48,248 nucleotides of DNA from an uncultured Gammaproteobacteria bacterium. GTDB lineage: Bacteria; Patescibacteriota; Microgenomatia; UBA1406; HO2-37-13b. The notes under the pieces are model-generated. The model did no database searches, was not told the origin of the DNA, and saw only the letters and a program-made list of their open reading frames with translations. A program made the position numbers and the translations under genes. How positions within the stretch are numbered: the first letter of the stretch is position 1; each line of letters begins with the position of its first letter. Below, one piece after another: positions 17,918 to 27,933 of the stretch. The DNA lies in contig CAZWRH010000001.1 of assembly GCA_964636045.1 (NCBI GenBank), positions 1 through 48,248 on the forward strand. The letters are read 5' to 3'.

Positions 17918-19240
17918 ATGTATTATTCTCCTTATCAATCTCAAAAAAAAATTCCTGTTGTGCTTGCTGTTTTTTTGATCGTATTGATGGTTTTTTTGAC
18001 AAATATTATTTTTACTCAAAAGCCAAAGAATTTAAAAATTCAAGCAGACGAGAATTTGTTAAAAAAAATTGAAATCACAAATATAAGCTATAATTCTGCG
18101 TCTATTTTATATAGAACTAAAGATAAAACAGTTTCCTCAATTTTGTATTCAACTGATCCTCAAAAAATAGAAAGCGTAGCTTATGACGATAGAGATATGG
18201 ATAAGGAACAAAAACAATATTTTAATCACTATGTAACTCTAAAAAATCTAAAAGATAATACAAAATATTATTTTTACATTGTTTATGATAAAAAAATTAT
18301 TAAAAAAAATAATCTACAAGCTTTTGATTTTTCAACTAAATTAAAGTTAAATTCTTTGAATAATTTAAAACCAGTTTTTGGAAAAGTAATTAAAAAAACA
18401 ACCAATCCTTTAGTTGATGGATTAATTACTCTAAAAATAGATGATAGTAATATTTTATCTACAAGAACTAAAGAGACAGGTGAATGGTTAATACCTTTAT
18501 ATTATTTAACAAAAAATAATACAAATGAATTTTTTATACCAAAAGACAATTCTCTTGCTTTAATTGAAATATTGGATGAAGATGGTGGTTTATCAACAAT
18601 AAAAGCAGATTTTTCTAGTATTAGCCCAATAAAAGAACAGATAGTAGTTGGTGAAAATTATGATTTGAGAATTAAAGTTGAAGATAAAGTTTTAGGAGAA
18701 AAGACAAAGGATATTATGTCAGAAGAAGTTCTTCTTGAAGATGGTCAAAAAAACGAACCTCTTAATAAATCAGCTGTTAAGATTATATTGCCAAAAGAAA
18801 ATGCTTCTCTTCAAACAAGAAAACCATTATTTAAGGGAACTTCATATCCTGGAAGTAAAAATAAAATTATTATTAATAAAAATGATAAAAAAACTAATAT
18901 GGAGATTGTAAATTATGAGATGTATTCGGACAACAAAGGAAATTGGTCTTATTCGCCTTTTTTTGATTTAAATCCTGATAACTATACATTTATAATTTTT
19001 ACTAAAGATGAGAATAACAAAGCGATAAAATTAGAAAGAAATTTTACAGTGTCAAAAAGCGGTGAATCAGTTTTAGGGTCAGCAACAGGATCTGCTGTTA
19101 TTAGCCCAACAAGAATAATATCACCAACTAAAATTATTAAGCCAAGTGGTCCTCCTGCTACAGGAGCAAATATGACTGTCATTTCAACCTTAAGTGTTGC
19201 TTTTATGATTATGGGGATAGGTCTCGTAATCCTTTTTTAA
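17918..19240 (+). CDS. Cell-surface protein: N-terminal anchor, FN3-like and Ig/carboxypeptidase-regulatory-like beta domains, C-terminal PATG + hydrophobic sorting-like tail
   Basis: ITNISYNSASILYRT...YFNHYVTLKNLKDNTKYYFYIV (FN3-like); VFGKVIK...DGLITLKI...TGEWLIPL (CarboxypepD_reg-like). The C-terminus is GPPATGANMTVISTLSVAFMIMGIGLVILF. Confidence 0.6.
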   Translation: MYYSPYQSQKKIPVVLAVFLIVLMVFLTNIIFTQKPKNLKIQADENLLKKIEITNISYNSASILYRTKDKTVSSILYSTDPQKIESVAYDDRDMDKEQKQYFNHYVTLKNLKDNTKYYFYIVYDKKIIKKNNLQAFDFSTKLKLNSLNNLKPVFGKVIKKTTNPLVDGLITLKIDDSNILSTRTKETGEWLIPLYYLTKNNTNEFFIPKDNSLALIEILDEDGGLSTIKADFSSISPIKEQIVVGENYDLRIKVEDKVLGEKTKDIMSEEVLLEDGQKNEPLNKSAVKIILPKENASLQTRKPLFKGTSYPGSKNKIIINKNDKKTNMEIVNYEMYSDNKGNWSYSPFFDLNPDNYTFIIFTKDENNKAIKLERNFTVSKSGESVLGSATGSAVISPTRIISPTKIIKPSGPPATGANMTVISTLSVAFMIMGIGLVILF

Positions 19241-19252
19241 TTTCTGTTTTTT

Positions 19253-19261
19253 TGATATAAA
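19253..19261 (+). promoter_or_regulatory. Extended -10 (TGaTATAAA) 6 nt upstream of the ATG at 19268
   Basis: tttTGaTATAAAtaaattATG. Confidence 0.35.
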
Positions 19262-19267
19262 TAAATT

Positions 19268-19951
19268 ATGGATATATTTGAACTTATTCAATCAGTAAAT
19301 TTTATAGCAATAATTGCTTTTTTTGTTACTACAGGTGGTGTTGGATATGAGGTTTATTTACTCATGAAGCAAAAGAAACAATCAACAACACCTAATGTTC
19401 CTGATTTTAATAAAACCAAAACTTATGGTGAGTTGAGAGTAAATTCTTTAGTTATGTCAAATAAACCAGAAGATGACGCTATTTTTAAAAAACCTAATAG
19501 TAAAGTTTTAATAGGACTTATGGTTACGATGATTTTTTTTGGAGTAATTTCTTTTATAGGCTTATTTGTAAAAAATGAAAATAGTGACCAGGAGTTTTAT
19601 AAAAATAATAATCAAGTTGTAACAAATATGATTGCATCTGATGGTATAAAGATCTATAGTAAAGATTGGACAGAATTAAACGATTTACTTTTAAAAAAGG
19701 CTAAAATTGGAGATTTGTTGTATGTTGGGATTTTATCAATTCCTAAAACTGATATTGATGGAGCAAGAATTAAAATTAATCAAGAAAATTGGGATGAAAA
19801 AAGTAAAGAAGTCCTTTATAATGAAAAAAAGAGGTTATTTTATAAAAAATATATAGTAGCATCTGGTGAGTCAAAATTAAAAATTGAAGCTCAGTTGCAT
19901 TCAAAGAAAAATGGTTGGTTAATAGATAATAATCAATATGAAGAAAAATAA
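19268..19951 (+). CDS. Hypothetical two-TM membrane protein with a C-terminal extracytoplasmic domain
   Basis: 227-aa ORF. TM helices lie at about aa 10-32 and 80-102. No motif recognised. Confidence 0.55.
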   Translation: MDIFELIQSVNFIAIIAFFVTTGGVGYEVYLLMKQKKQSTTPNVPDFNKTKTYGELRVNSLVMSNKPEDDAIFKKPNSKVLIGLMVTMIFFGVISFIGLFVKNENSDQEFYKNNNQVVTNMIASDGIKIYSKDWTELNDLLLKKAKIGDLLYVGILSIPKTDIDGARIKINQENWDEKSKEVLYNEKKRLFYKKYIVASGESKLKIEAQLHSKKNGWLIDNNQYEEK

Positions 19952-20447
19952 TTTAATTACAATCTTTTTAATTGTTATTATTTTTGTATTAATAGGTTTA
20001 TCTTTTTTTATTGTTTCAGAAATTCAAAAAACTGATACTGCAATCAAACCAACAATTCAAACAAAAGCTGCAGCAGTGACTTATAAAAAAGAATTAGCTT
20101 TAAATACAATAACTTCAACACCAATTCCAACAGTTTCTTTAAGTGTTACAAAAGAACCAACTGTTAAATTATTAGCGCAAGGAGGGTCAACAGGATATTC
20201 AGTTACACCTACTCCAACTGGGATTCAATTGTTAACAACCCCAATAGTAACACAAGAATCTTCAAGAAAACTATTAGTTGAAAACATTTCACCAACATCA
20301 ACTGCTTCAAGTTATGTTACGAAAACCGCTTCTCAAACAGCAACAAAAGTACCTGTTAAAACATTGCCTTCAGCAGGAATTTATAACATGACATTGGTTA
20401 TGTTTTTTGCAGCTATTACTTTAATTTTCTTCTCCTTTATTTTATAA
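19938..20447 (+). CDS. Ser/Thr/Pro-rich surface protein with an N-terminal anchor and a C-terminal LPSAG + hydrophobic sorting-like tail
   Basis: N-terminal TM/signal anchor, a T/S/P-rich low-complexity middle, and the C-terminus KTLPSAGIYNMTLVMFFAAITLIFFSFIL. Confidence 0.55.
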   Translation: MKKNNLITIFLIVIIFVLIGLSFFIVSEIQKTDTAIKPTIQTKAAAVTYKKELALNTITSTPIPTVSLSVTKEPTVKLLAQGGSTGYSVTPTPTGIQLLTTPIVTQESSRKLLVENISPTSTASSYVTKTASQTATKVPVKTLPSAGIYNMTLVMFFAAITLIFFSFIL

Positions 20448-21092
20448 AGAACTTACTATTTTAAAGAATTTTTTTGGATCAAGTGAAGCGGTGCCAACAA
20501 GAACTCCATCAATTTCATTACTTTTTATATATTGATTAACATTGTCTTCATTTACTGATCCTCCATAAATAAATTTAGTTTCAGGATGAAGTCTAGTTCT
20601 TTTTTTAACTTCTAAAACTTTACTTATTTCTTCATTATTATTAGTACCAATTGCAGATATAGGTTCATAAGCTAAAAAATCAATTCTGCTAGGTAAAATA
20701 TCACTTTCATTTCTGATACAGAATATTGTTTTTATTCCATTTTCTATTGCTAAACTATTTTTTTGAAAAAGAATCCTATCGGTTTCTCCAAAATAATATC
20801 TTCTTTCACTATGACCAATTAAAACATATGATACAAGTTCTTTTAATATTTCAGCGCTAATTTCTCCAGTAGTTGAGCCTTCTTCAAAAAATGATATATC
20901 TTGACTACCAAGTTTAATAAAAGGAAAATTAATAATTCTTTTTTTGATTTCAATAAGATATTGATACGGTGGAAGGATAATTATTTCTACATCTTTTAAA
21001 AATGAAAAATCATTTTTTAAAAAATCATCTAGCCAAAGATTAACGTCATCGATGCTTTTGTGATTTTTCCAGTTTGCGATAAAATATTTCAT
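20442..21092 (-). CDS. tpiA: Triosephosphate isomerase (short, 216 aa)
   Basis: MKYFIANWKNHKS (NWK motif), IGHSERR, AYEPISAIGT, and IYGGSV in the phosphate-binding loop. Confidence 0.9.
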   Translation of the reverse strand: MKYFIANWKNHKSIDDVNLWLDDFLKNDFSFLKDVEIIILPPYQYLIEIKKRIINFPFIKLGSQDISFFEEGSTTGEISAEILKELVSYVLIGHSERRYYFGETDRILFQKNSLAIENGIKTIFCIRNESDILPSRIDFLAYEPISAIGTNNNEEISKVLEVKKRTRLHPETKFIYGGSVNEDNVNQYIKSNEIDGVLVGTASLDPKKFFKIVSSL

Positions 21093-21110
21093 TTGCTACC
21101 ATTATACTTT

Positions 21111-22889
21111 ATGGAATCTGCGACATTCAACAATTTAAATCATAATCAAAAAGAAGCGGTAAAACAAGCCAAAGGCCCATCATTAATTTTGGCAGGTGCA
21201 GGGTCTGGAAAGACAAGAGTTTTAACTAATAAAGTATTTTTTTTGACAAAAAAACACAAGATAAACCCAAGCAATATTTTAATGATTACTTTTACTAATA
21301 AAGCAGCAGAAGAGATGAAAAATAGAGTTTTTGAAAAGCTAGGATTTATTGGTACATTTCATTCATTATGTGTAAAAATACTGAGGATTGATGGAAATAA
21401 AATTGGAATAAAAAATAATTTTTTAATTTATGATAGTAATGATCAGCAAGATTTAATAAAAGAAATAATTAAGAAAATGGATTTGCCAAAAAAATATTCA
21501 CCATCTTTTGTTATTTCTAGAATTTCTTCTGCAAAAAACCAGTTAGTTGATGCAAAAAGTTACAAAGAAATAGCTGGAAACGATTATTTATACGAAAAGT
21601 TACCCGACATTTATGAAGAGTATGAGAAAAAACTTATTAAAAGCAATGCTCTGGATTTTGATGATCTATTATTTAAAACTGTTAGTTTATTTAAAAAAAA
21701 TAAATTAATACTTGAAAAATATCACAATATTTATAAATACATTTTAGTTGATGAATTTCAAGATACTAATTTTGCTCAATATCAATTAACTAAAATTTTG
21801 GCTCAAAAAAATAAGAATTTGACTGTTGTTGGAGATTTTTCTCAAAGTATTTATTCATGGAGAGGTGCAGAGATAAAAAATCTTGAAAAATTAAAAGATG
21901 ACTTTCCTGATATAAAAACTTTTTACTTAGAAGAAAATTATAGATCAACTCAAAATATTTTAGATTTTGCTTTTTCTGTTATTTCTAAAAATGCTTCTCA
22001 TCCAGTTTTAAAACTTTATACAAAAAATAAAAAAGGAGAAGATGTAGAAATAAAAAATTTAAGCACAGAACAATATGAGGGGTTATATGTTGCAGAAAAA
22101 ATTGATACTATTTTTTCGCAAAACTATTTAAAAGAAGTTTCTATTGGAGTGTTATATAGAATTAATGCTCAATCAAGAGTGATTGAGGAGTCATTGTTAC
22201 ATTTAGGTATTCCGTATGTACTGGTTGGCGGAACTAGATTTTATGAAAGAAAAGAAGTGAAGGATGTTTTGTCATATATTAGATTAATAGTTAGTCCAGA
22301 TGATGAAATTTCTTTGAAAAGAGTACTGAAAATTGGTAAAAAAAGATTTCAACAATTTCAAAAGTTTTATGAAAACGAAAAAAACAATTTTGTAAATTTA
22401 AAAACAATAGAAATCATAGATCAAATTTTAGAAAAAACAAAGTATTTGGATTTATATAATGAAGAAAATATTGAGGATTATTCAAGAATTGAAAATATAA
22501 AAGAGTTAAGATCTGTTGCTTTAAATTTTCCAAAAGTTTCTGATTTTTTAGATCAAGTTGCATTAGTTGAGTCTGAGTATTCACAAAACGAAAAAAATAA
22601 AAAAGACTCAACAAAAGGAGTGAAATTAATGACTCTTCATCAGGCTAAAGGATTAGAATTTGACTATGTTTTTATAGTAGGTGTAGAAGAAGGTATACTA
22701 CCACACGCAAGATCTTTTTATGATGTTTTAGAAATGGAAGAAGAAAGAAGATTGTTTTATGTTGGTATTACTCGTGCCAGAGTTAAATTATTTATCACAC
22801 ATACAAGAAATAGATTTTTTTTCGGCAAAAGAATAGAGGGGGTAATTTCTAGATTTTTAGAAGAAAAAGAGGAAGGATATGATTTTTAG
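21111..22889 (+). CDS. uvrD: UvrD/PcrA/Rep-family DNA helicase (compact, ~592 aa)
   Basis: LNHNQKEAV...ILAGAGSGKTRVL (motif I), ILVDEFQDTN (motif II), VGDFSQSIYSWRGA, ENYRST, TLHQAKGLEFDYVFIVG, FYVGITRA. I prefer the ATG at 21111 over 21060 because 21060 overlaps the tpiA start. Confidence 0.9.
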   Translation: MESATFNNLNHNQKEAVKQAKGPSLILAGAGSGKTRVLTNKVFFLTKKHKINPSNILMITFTNKAAEEMKNRVFEKLGFIGTFHSLCVKILRIDGNKIGIKNNFLIYDSNDQQDLIKEIIKKMDLPKKYSPSFVISRISSAKNQLVDAKSYKEIAGNDYLYEKLPDIYEEYEKKLIKSNALDFDDLLFKTVSLFKKNKLILEKYHNIYKYILVDEFQDTNFAQYQLTKILAQKNKNLTVVGDFSQSIYSWRGAEIKNLEKLKDDFPDIKTFYLEENYRSTQNILDFAFSVISKNASHPVLKLYTKNKKGEDVEIKNLSTEQYEGLYVAEKIDTIFSQNYLKEVSIGVLYRINAQSRVIEESLLHLGIPYVLVGGTRFYERKEVKDVLSYIRLIVSPDDEISLKRVLKIGKKRFQQFQKFYENEKNNFVNLKTIEIIDQILEKTKYLDLYNEENIEDYSRIENIKELRSVALNFPKVSDFLDQVALVESEYSQNEKNKKDSTKGVKLMTLHQAKGLEFDYVFIVGVEEGILPHARSFYDVLEMEEERRLFYVGITRARVKLFITHTRNRFFFGKRIEGVISRFLEEKEEGYDF

Positions 22890-22891
22890 GT

Positions 22892-22897
22892 TATAAT
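22892..22897 (+). promoter_or_regulatory. -10 box TATAAT 7 nt upstream of the ATG at 22905
   Basis: ggtTATAATtatttttATG. I found no convincing -35. Confidence 0.3.
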
Positions 22898-22904
22898 TAT
22901 TTTT

Positions 22905-23891
22905 ATGATTAAAACAATTGATGATAATTTTGATAAAGAAAAATATAACTCTTTTGCAAATAATCCTATGCAATCTTGGGAATGGGGAGATGCTAGAAAA
23001 GAAACAGGAATTAATGTTATCAGGTTAGGAGAATATAGTAATAATTTATTAATTAATGTCTTTCAGTTAACAATTCATAAACTTCCATTTTTAAATTACA
23101 AGATTGGATATATTCCTAGATCTAGTTTTCCATCAAAAGAAGTAATTGATTATCTTTATAACTATGCAAAACAAAACAATTTTTTATTTATTAAATTAGA
23201 ACCATACGAAAATAAAGAAAAAAATTTCTCAATAGATAAAAGATTAATTTCTTCAGAAAACTATTTATTTCCAAAATGGTCAATGTTTTTAAATTTGGAA
23301 AAAAGTGAAGATGAGTTATTTAAAGAACTTAAAAGTAAAACAAGATACAATATTAGATTGGCGCAAAAAAAAGAAGTCATTGTTAAAGAAATGACAAATG
23401 AAAAAGGTTTTGAAATTTTTGCCAAACTATATTTTGATACGTGTAAAAGACAAAAATTCCATGGTCATGACATTAAATATCATCAAACTATTTTTAATAG
23501 ACTAAAAAATAATATTGCGCATATATTAATAGCTTTTTATAAAGATGTGCCTCTTGCAGCATATGAATTATTTATTTTTAAAGATACTTTATATTATCCA
23601 TATGGTGGTTCATCTAGTATGTATAGAAATTTTATGGGAGCAAATTTATTAATGTGGGAAGCTATTAAATTTGGTAAAGAAAATAATTTGAAAAAGTTTG
23701 ATATGTGGGGTTCTTTATCTCCAAACTATGATCCTAATGACTCATGGTCAGGTTTTACAAAGTTCAAGGAAGGGTACAATGCTAAATTTATTGAATTTGC
23801 TGGAAGCTTTGATATTGTAACTAATGTTTTTTTGTATTCCTTATTTAATATTTCTTTTAAAATAAGAAATATTTTACTTGGAATATTTTAA
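22905..23891 (+). CDS. FemAB-family peptidoglycan interpeptide-bridge aminoacyltransferase (FemX/MurM-like)
   Basis: QSWEWGD..., ...KSKTRYNIRLAQKKEV..., ...YPYGGSS...GANLLMWEAIKFGKENNLKKFDMWG. This follows the FemAB family pattern. Confidence 0.75.
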   Translation: MIKTIDDNFDKEKYNSFANNPMQSWEWGDARKETGINVIRLGEYSNNLLINVFQLTIHKLPFLNYKIGYIPRSSFPSKEVIDYLYNYAKQNNFLFIKLEPYENKEKNFSIDKRLISSENYLFPKWSMFLNLEKSEDELFKELKSKTRYNIRLAQKKEVIVKEMTNEKGFEIFAKLYFDTCKRQKFHGHDIKYHQTIFNRLKNNIAHILIAFYKDVPLAAYELFIFKDTLYYPYGGSSSMYRNFMGANLLMWEAIKFGKENNLKKFDMWGSLSPNYDPNDSWSGFTKFKEGYNAKFIEFAGSFDIVTNVFLYSLFNISFKIRNILLGIF

Positions 23892-26825
23892 TTACCACGC
23901 TTCGCAGTTAATTTTGTAAGGACAAAAATCACATTTAATGCTTTTTTTTGGAAGAAATTTACTTTCATTTATTTCTTTAGTAATATTTAAAATTTCTTCT
24001 TTTGCCTTAGTTATATCTTCATCGTTTTTTAATACTGAAATTTTTTTATTTTCCTGAAGGTAGTATAAAGTTAATAAAATATTGTTTAATTTTTTATCAT
24101 ACAATCCTTTGTCAGTAGAAGCAATTGCATATATTGCCATTTGTAGATTTTTATCAATATCTTTTTTATCGGGTAGTTTACCTGTTTTATAATCAATTAC
24201 CTCAATAGTATTTTTATCAACATAATCAACTCTGTCAATTATTCCGTTTATAAAAATATTTCCAATTTTAATTTTAAAATTTTTTTCTAGATCTAAAACA
24301 AATAAATTATTATTATGAAAATTTTCATAATAATTTTTCAAAATTTCTTCTCCTTCTTTTTTCATTTTATTTTCATAAGACCTACTTGAATATCCAATTG
24401 GAATCCAACATATTTTCAGATATGAAATTAAATCTTTTAGAGAAATGTCTTTATTTTCCTTAAAGTTTTTATAAAATATCTGAAGTGTTTTATGGATGCT
24501 TTGTCCAAAAGAAGCTGCTGTATTTAAAGAGGTTGGTATTTTAATTACATACTGATATTTATATCTTAATGGACAGCTTTTAAATGTATCAAGCTGAGTA
24601 TATGAAAAAGTATTTATATTTTTAAAATCAGAAGGAATATTTTCATTTACAATATTTTTTTTAAAATCAAAAATTGAAAGCTGTTTTTTTTGAGTTAGCT
24701 TTATATTTTTTATTTTTTCATATTCTTTAACTCCTATTGTTTCTATTACAAATGGTGATATTTTTTTCTCTCTTTTATTATCTGGATAAAAAGAAGAAGA
24801 AGTAAGATATACTTTTTCTTTAGCTCGAGTAATACCAACATAAAACAATCTTCTTTCTTCTTGAATGTGAAAATCTCCCGAAGGAAGTATTTCATTTAAT
24901 AGTTCATTAGAAATAGGGATTTGTTCTTTTTTATTTCTTGTTGGAAAGCGATCGGCAGTTAAATTAACTAAGAAAACTACAGGAAACTCTAGTCCTTTTG
25001 ATGAATGTACTGTTAAAATGTTTACTGCGTTAGTCTCTTTAAAATCGTCATCAAAAATCATTGGAGATTCATTCAACTCTAAACTAATTTCTAAAAAATC
25101 TACGAATGCAATTACAGATACATCTTCATTTTCATTTTCAAATGATTTAATTCTTGAAAAGAATCTTGTAATATTTTCAGCAATTTTTTGCTCTTTCTCA
25201 GTTTCAACTTTTATTATTTTATTTATATAGCCAGTTTTTTCTAAAAATTCAAAAACAATTTGCCCAACAGACTCATTTTTTAAATTATTAAGTGAATTCT
25301 TAATAATTTGATATACATTCTCAATTTTATTTTTTGTTTCATCATTAATAGCAAATATGTTTTTATTATAATTTTCAAATTCAGCTTTATAATATTTTTT
25401 ATCAAAAAAACCTAGGTAAACTTCAATAGTTTCATATAAAGATAGACTTGTGATTTTAGTTAAAGAAACTATTTTTGCAAGATCATTTTTATCTATATTA
25501 AATATATCCATACATAAAACTCTATACAAAGAGCTTGAATCGGTAATGTTATATAGAAATTTTAAGTATGCAATTAAATCTTTTATTTCGGGTTGTTTAA
25601 ATAATATATTAGGTCCAAGAAATTGATATGGTATTCCTTTTCTAGAAAGTGTTTGGGTAAATAAATTAACATGACTATTTGATCTAATTAAAATTGCAAA
25701 ATCCTTAAATTGAAATTTTTCTTTTAATAATAATATTTGTTCTGTAATATAATCAGCTTCTTCTGGCCCAGTTTCAGTAGACGAAAAAATAACGCTTTTT
25801 TCATTTCCTTTACCAACTTTACTAATTAAATTTTTTGAAATATTTAGTTTTGTTTCAAGAGTATCTGGGTTATTGTGTTGAATTAATTTATAGGCGCTAT
25901 TTAAAATTGCTTGATTTGATCTATAATTTTCAAGAAGAATAACTTTATTAGCATTTTTATAATCATCTAAAAATTGCATTATGTTTGAGATGGAAGCACC
26001 TCTAAATTTATAGATACTTTGATTATCGTCTCCAATAACAGCGAGATTTGGGTTTTCATTACTTGGTGCAAGTTTTTTTATTAATTCGTATTGGGCAAGA
26101 TTAGTATCCTGAAATTCATCAACTAAAATATACTTAAATTTTTTCTTATATTTAGCTAATAAATTCTTTCTTTCATTAAAAATTTTAAGTGTATAGTAAA
26201 TTAAATCTGAAAAATCTAAAATATTTTCTTTAGCTTTTAGATCCTGAAATTTTTTAAAGGCTAACGCAAGTTCTAAATTTTTTTCATTTTCAAGTTGTTC
26301 TTCTTCAGTTGTATTTTGATTCTTTTTGCTATTTTTATTTGCCCAGTCAAGATATTTTTCTGGAGTAATATTTTCATCGTGAAGTCTTGAAAAATGTTGT
26401 AACATTCCCTCAATAAATTTATTTGGATTTCCAAGTGGTCGAAAATATTTTAGATCAAACAAAAATAAATTTTTTCTAAAAAAATTTATAATTCCAGCTG
26501 CAGTTTGTAATTTATAATTTGGAGAAAGTCCGATATGGTGAATTTCATCTCTTAAAATTGAATCACAAAAAGAATGAAACGTTGTAATTGACATTTGAAA
26601 ATATCCATAAGGCATTGCTTTATCAACTCTTTCTTCCATTTCATGGGCTGCTTTTTCAGTAAAAGTTAATGCCAAAATTTCGTCTGTTTTACATATGTTT
26701 TCATTAATAAGGTATTTGATTTTTTCAACAAGAACTGTAGTTTTTCCTGTTCCTGCACCGGCAATAATAAGAACAGGCCCTTTGATTATTTCAACTGCTT
26801 TTTTTTGCGTTGATGTAAGTTCCAT
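23892..26825 (-). CDS. UvrD-type helicase fused to a C-terminal Cas4/AddB-like PD-(D/E)XK nuclease with a 4-Cys Fe-S motif
   Basis: Helicase motifs: AGAGTGKTTVL, ILVDEFQDTN, IGDDNQSIYKFRGA, ENYRSN, TVHSSKGLEFPVVFLV, FYVGITRA. Nuclease motifs: SCPLRYKY, GIIDRVDY...EVIDYKTGK, QMAIYA, and terminal CDFCPYKINC. The ATG at 26825 lies 1 nt after the rpoD stop; the track start at 26834 is a TTG. Confidence 0.85.
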   Translation of the reverse strand: MELTSTQKKAVEIIKGPVLIIAGAGTGKTTVLVEKIKYLINENICKTDEILALTFTEKAAHEMEERVDKAMPYGYFQMSITTFHSFCDSILRDEIHHIGLSPNYKLQTAAGIINFFRKNLFLFDLKYFRPLGNPNKFIEGMLQHFSRLHDENITPEKYLDWANKNSKKNQNTTEEEQLENEKNLELALAFKKFQDLKAKENILDFSDLIYYTLKIFNERKNLLAKYKKKFKYILVDEFQDTNLAQYELIKKLAPSNENPNLAVIGDDNQSIYKFRGASISNIMQFLDDYKNANKVILLENYRSNQAILNSAYKLIQHNNPDTLETKLNISKNLISKVGKGNEKSVIFSSTETGPEEADYITEQILLLKEKFQFKDFAILIRSNSHVNLFTQTLSRKGIPYQFLGPNILFKQPEIKDLIAYLKFLYNITDSSSLYRVLCMDIFNIDKNDLAKIVSLTKITSLSLYETIEVYLGFFDKKYYKAEFENYNKNIFAINDETKNKIENVYQIIKNSLNNLKNESVGQIVFEFLEKTGYINKIIKVETEKEQKIAENITRFFSRIKSFENENEDVSVIAFVDFLEISLELNESPMIFDDDFKETNAVNILTVHSSKGLEFPVVFLVNLTADRFPTRNKKEQIPISNELLNEILPSGDFHIQEERRLFYVGITRAKEKVYLTSSSFYPDNKREKKISPFVIETIGVKEYEKIKNIKLTQKKQLSIFDFKKNIVNENIPSDFKNINTFSYTQLDTFKSCPLRYKYQYVIKIPTSLNTAASFGQSIHKTLQIFYKNFKENKDISLKDLISYLKICWIPIGYSSRSYENKMKKEGEEILKNYYENFHNNNLFVLDLEKNFKIKIGNIFINGIIDRVDYVDKNTIEVIDYKTGKLPDKKDIDKNLQMAIYAIASTDKGLYDKKLNNILLTLYYLQENKKISVLKNDEDITKAKEEILNITKEINESKFLPKKSIKCDFCPYKINCEAW

Positions 26826-26826
26826 T

Positions 26827-27918
26827 TTAGTCAATAAAGTCTTTAAGTTTTTTTGCGCGTGATGGATGTCGAAGTTTTCTAATTGCTTTAGCTTCTATTT
26901 GTCTAATTCTTTCTCTAGTAACATTAAATTCTTTTCCTACATCTTCAAGAGTTTTGCTTTTACCATCATCAAGACCAAATCTCATAATTAAAACTTTTTT
27001 CTCTCTTTCAGACAAAGTATCAAGAACTTCAGATAAATAATCTTTTAAAAATTCTTTAGCAACATTGTCATATAGTGTAGGTTGACTAGAATCAGAAACA
27101 AATTGTTCAAGAGTTGTTTCTTTATCATCTCCAATAGGAGTTGAAAGTGATTTTGGATGTTGAGAGATTTTGATTAAATTTTCAACTTCAGGAATTGTTA
27201 TTTCCATTTCCTTTGCAATTTCTTTATTGGATGGTTCTTTGCCAAGTTTTTGTGCAAGCTTTCTTTGAGTTTTATAAAATCTATTAATATGATCAACCAT
27301 GTGAACTGGAATTCTAATTGTTCTAGATTGATCAGCGATTGCACGAGTTATGGCTTGTCTAATCCACCAAGTTGCATAGGTGGAAAATTTAAATCCTCTT
27401 CTCCAGTCATATTTTTCTACTCCCTTAATAAGTCCTTGATTTCCTTCTTGGATTAAATCTAAAAAAGAAAGTCTTCTTCCTAAATATTTTTTTGCGATAG
27501 AAACAACAAGTCTAAGATTTGATTTGATAAGTTTTTCTCTTGCTTTAATATCACCTTTTTCGTATTTTTTTGCTAGGTCTATTTCTTGTTCAAATTTTAA
27601 CAGAGGATATTGTCCAATTTCTTTTAAATACATTTTTATTGGGTCAAGCGATTCTCCATGTTTTAAAGCAATAATTTGCTTAAGTTCTTTTTCAAGCTCT
27701 TCAACAGATTTTTTTGCATCTTCTTCTTCTCTGGTTGAAACGTTTTCAAATATATCAATATTTTTTTCCATCGCTTTATCATATATATCATCTATTTCAC
27801 CAATGTGATGCTCTGGATCTGGATAAACGAACAAGATATCATCCTGAATTAAGAATCCATTATCTTCTCCTTGTCGGAGTAAATCCTTTACTGATTTTGG
27901 AATTTTTTGAATAGTCAT
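26827..27918 (-). CDS. rpoD: RNA polymerase primary sigma factor (sigma-70 family)
   Basis: Region 2 ([41 protein letters not shown]), region 3, and region 4 ([28 protein letters not shown]). It sits downstream of dnaG. Confidence 0.95.
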   Translation of the reverse strand: MTIQKIPKSVKDLLRQGEDNGFLIQDDILFVYPDPEHHIGEIDDIYDKAMEKNIDIFENVSTREEEDAKKSVEELEKELKQIIALKHGESLDPIKMYLKEIGQYPLLKFEQEIDLAKKYEKGDIKAREKLIKSNLRLVVSIAKKYLGRRLSFLDLIQEGNQGLIKGVEKYDWRRGFKFSTYATWWIRQAITRAIADQSRTIRIPVHMVDHINRFYKTQRKLAQKLGKEPSNKEIAKEMEITIPEVENLIKISQHPKSLSTPIGDDKETTLEQFVSDSSQPTLYDNVAKEFLKDYLSEVLDTLSEREKKVLIMRFGLDDGKSKTLEDVGKEFNVTRERIRQIEAKAIRKLRHPSRAKKLKDFID

Positions 27919-27933
27919 TGTTGAATATATATT

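Noticed and set aside
21060-21110. Upstream start (21060) for the UvrD helicase
   Set aside because: It would overlap the divergent tpiA start by 33 nt and add a hydrophobic, non-conserved peptide (MIFPVCDKIFHLLPLYF). The helicase N-terminus aligns from MESATFNNLNHNQKEAV at 21111.
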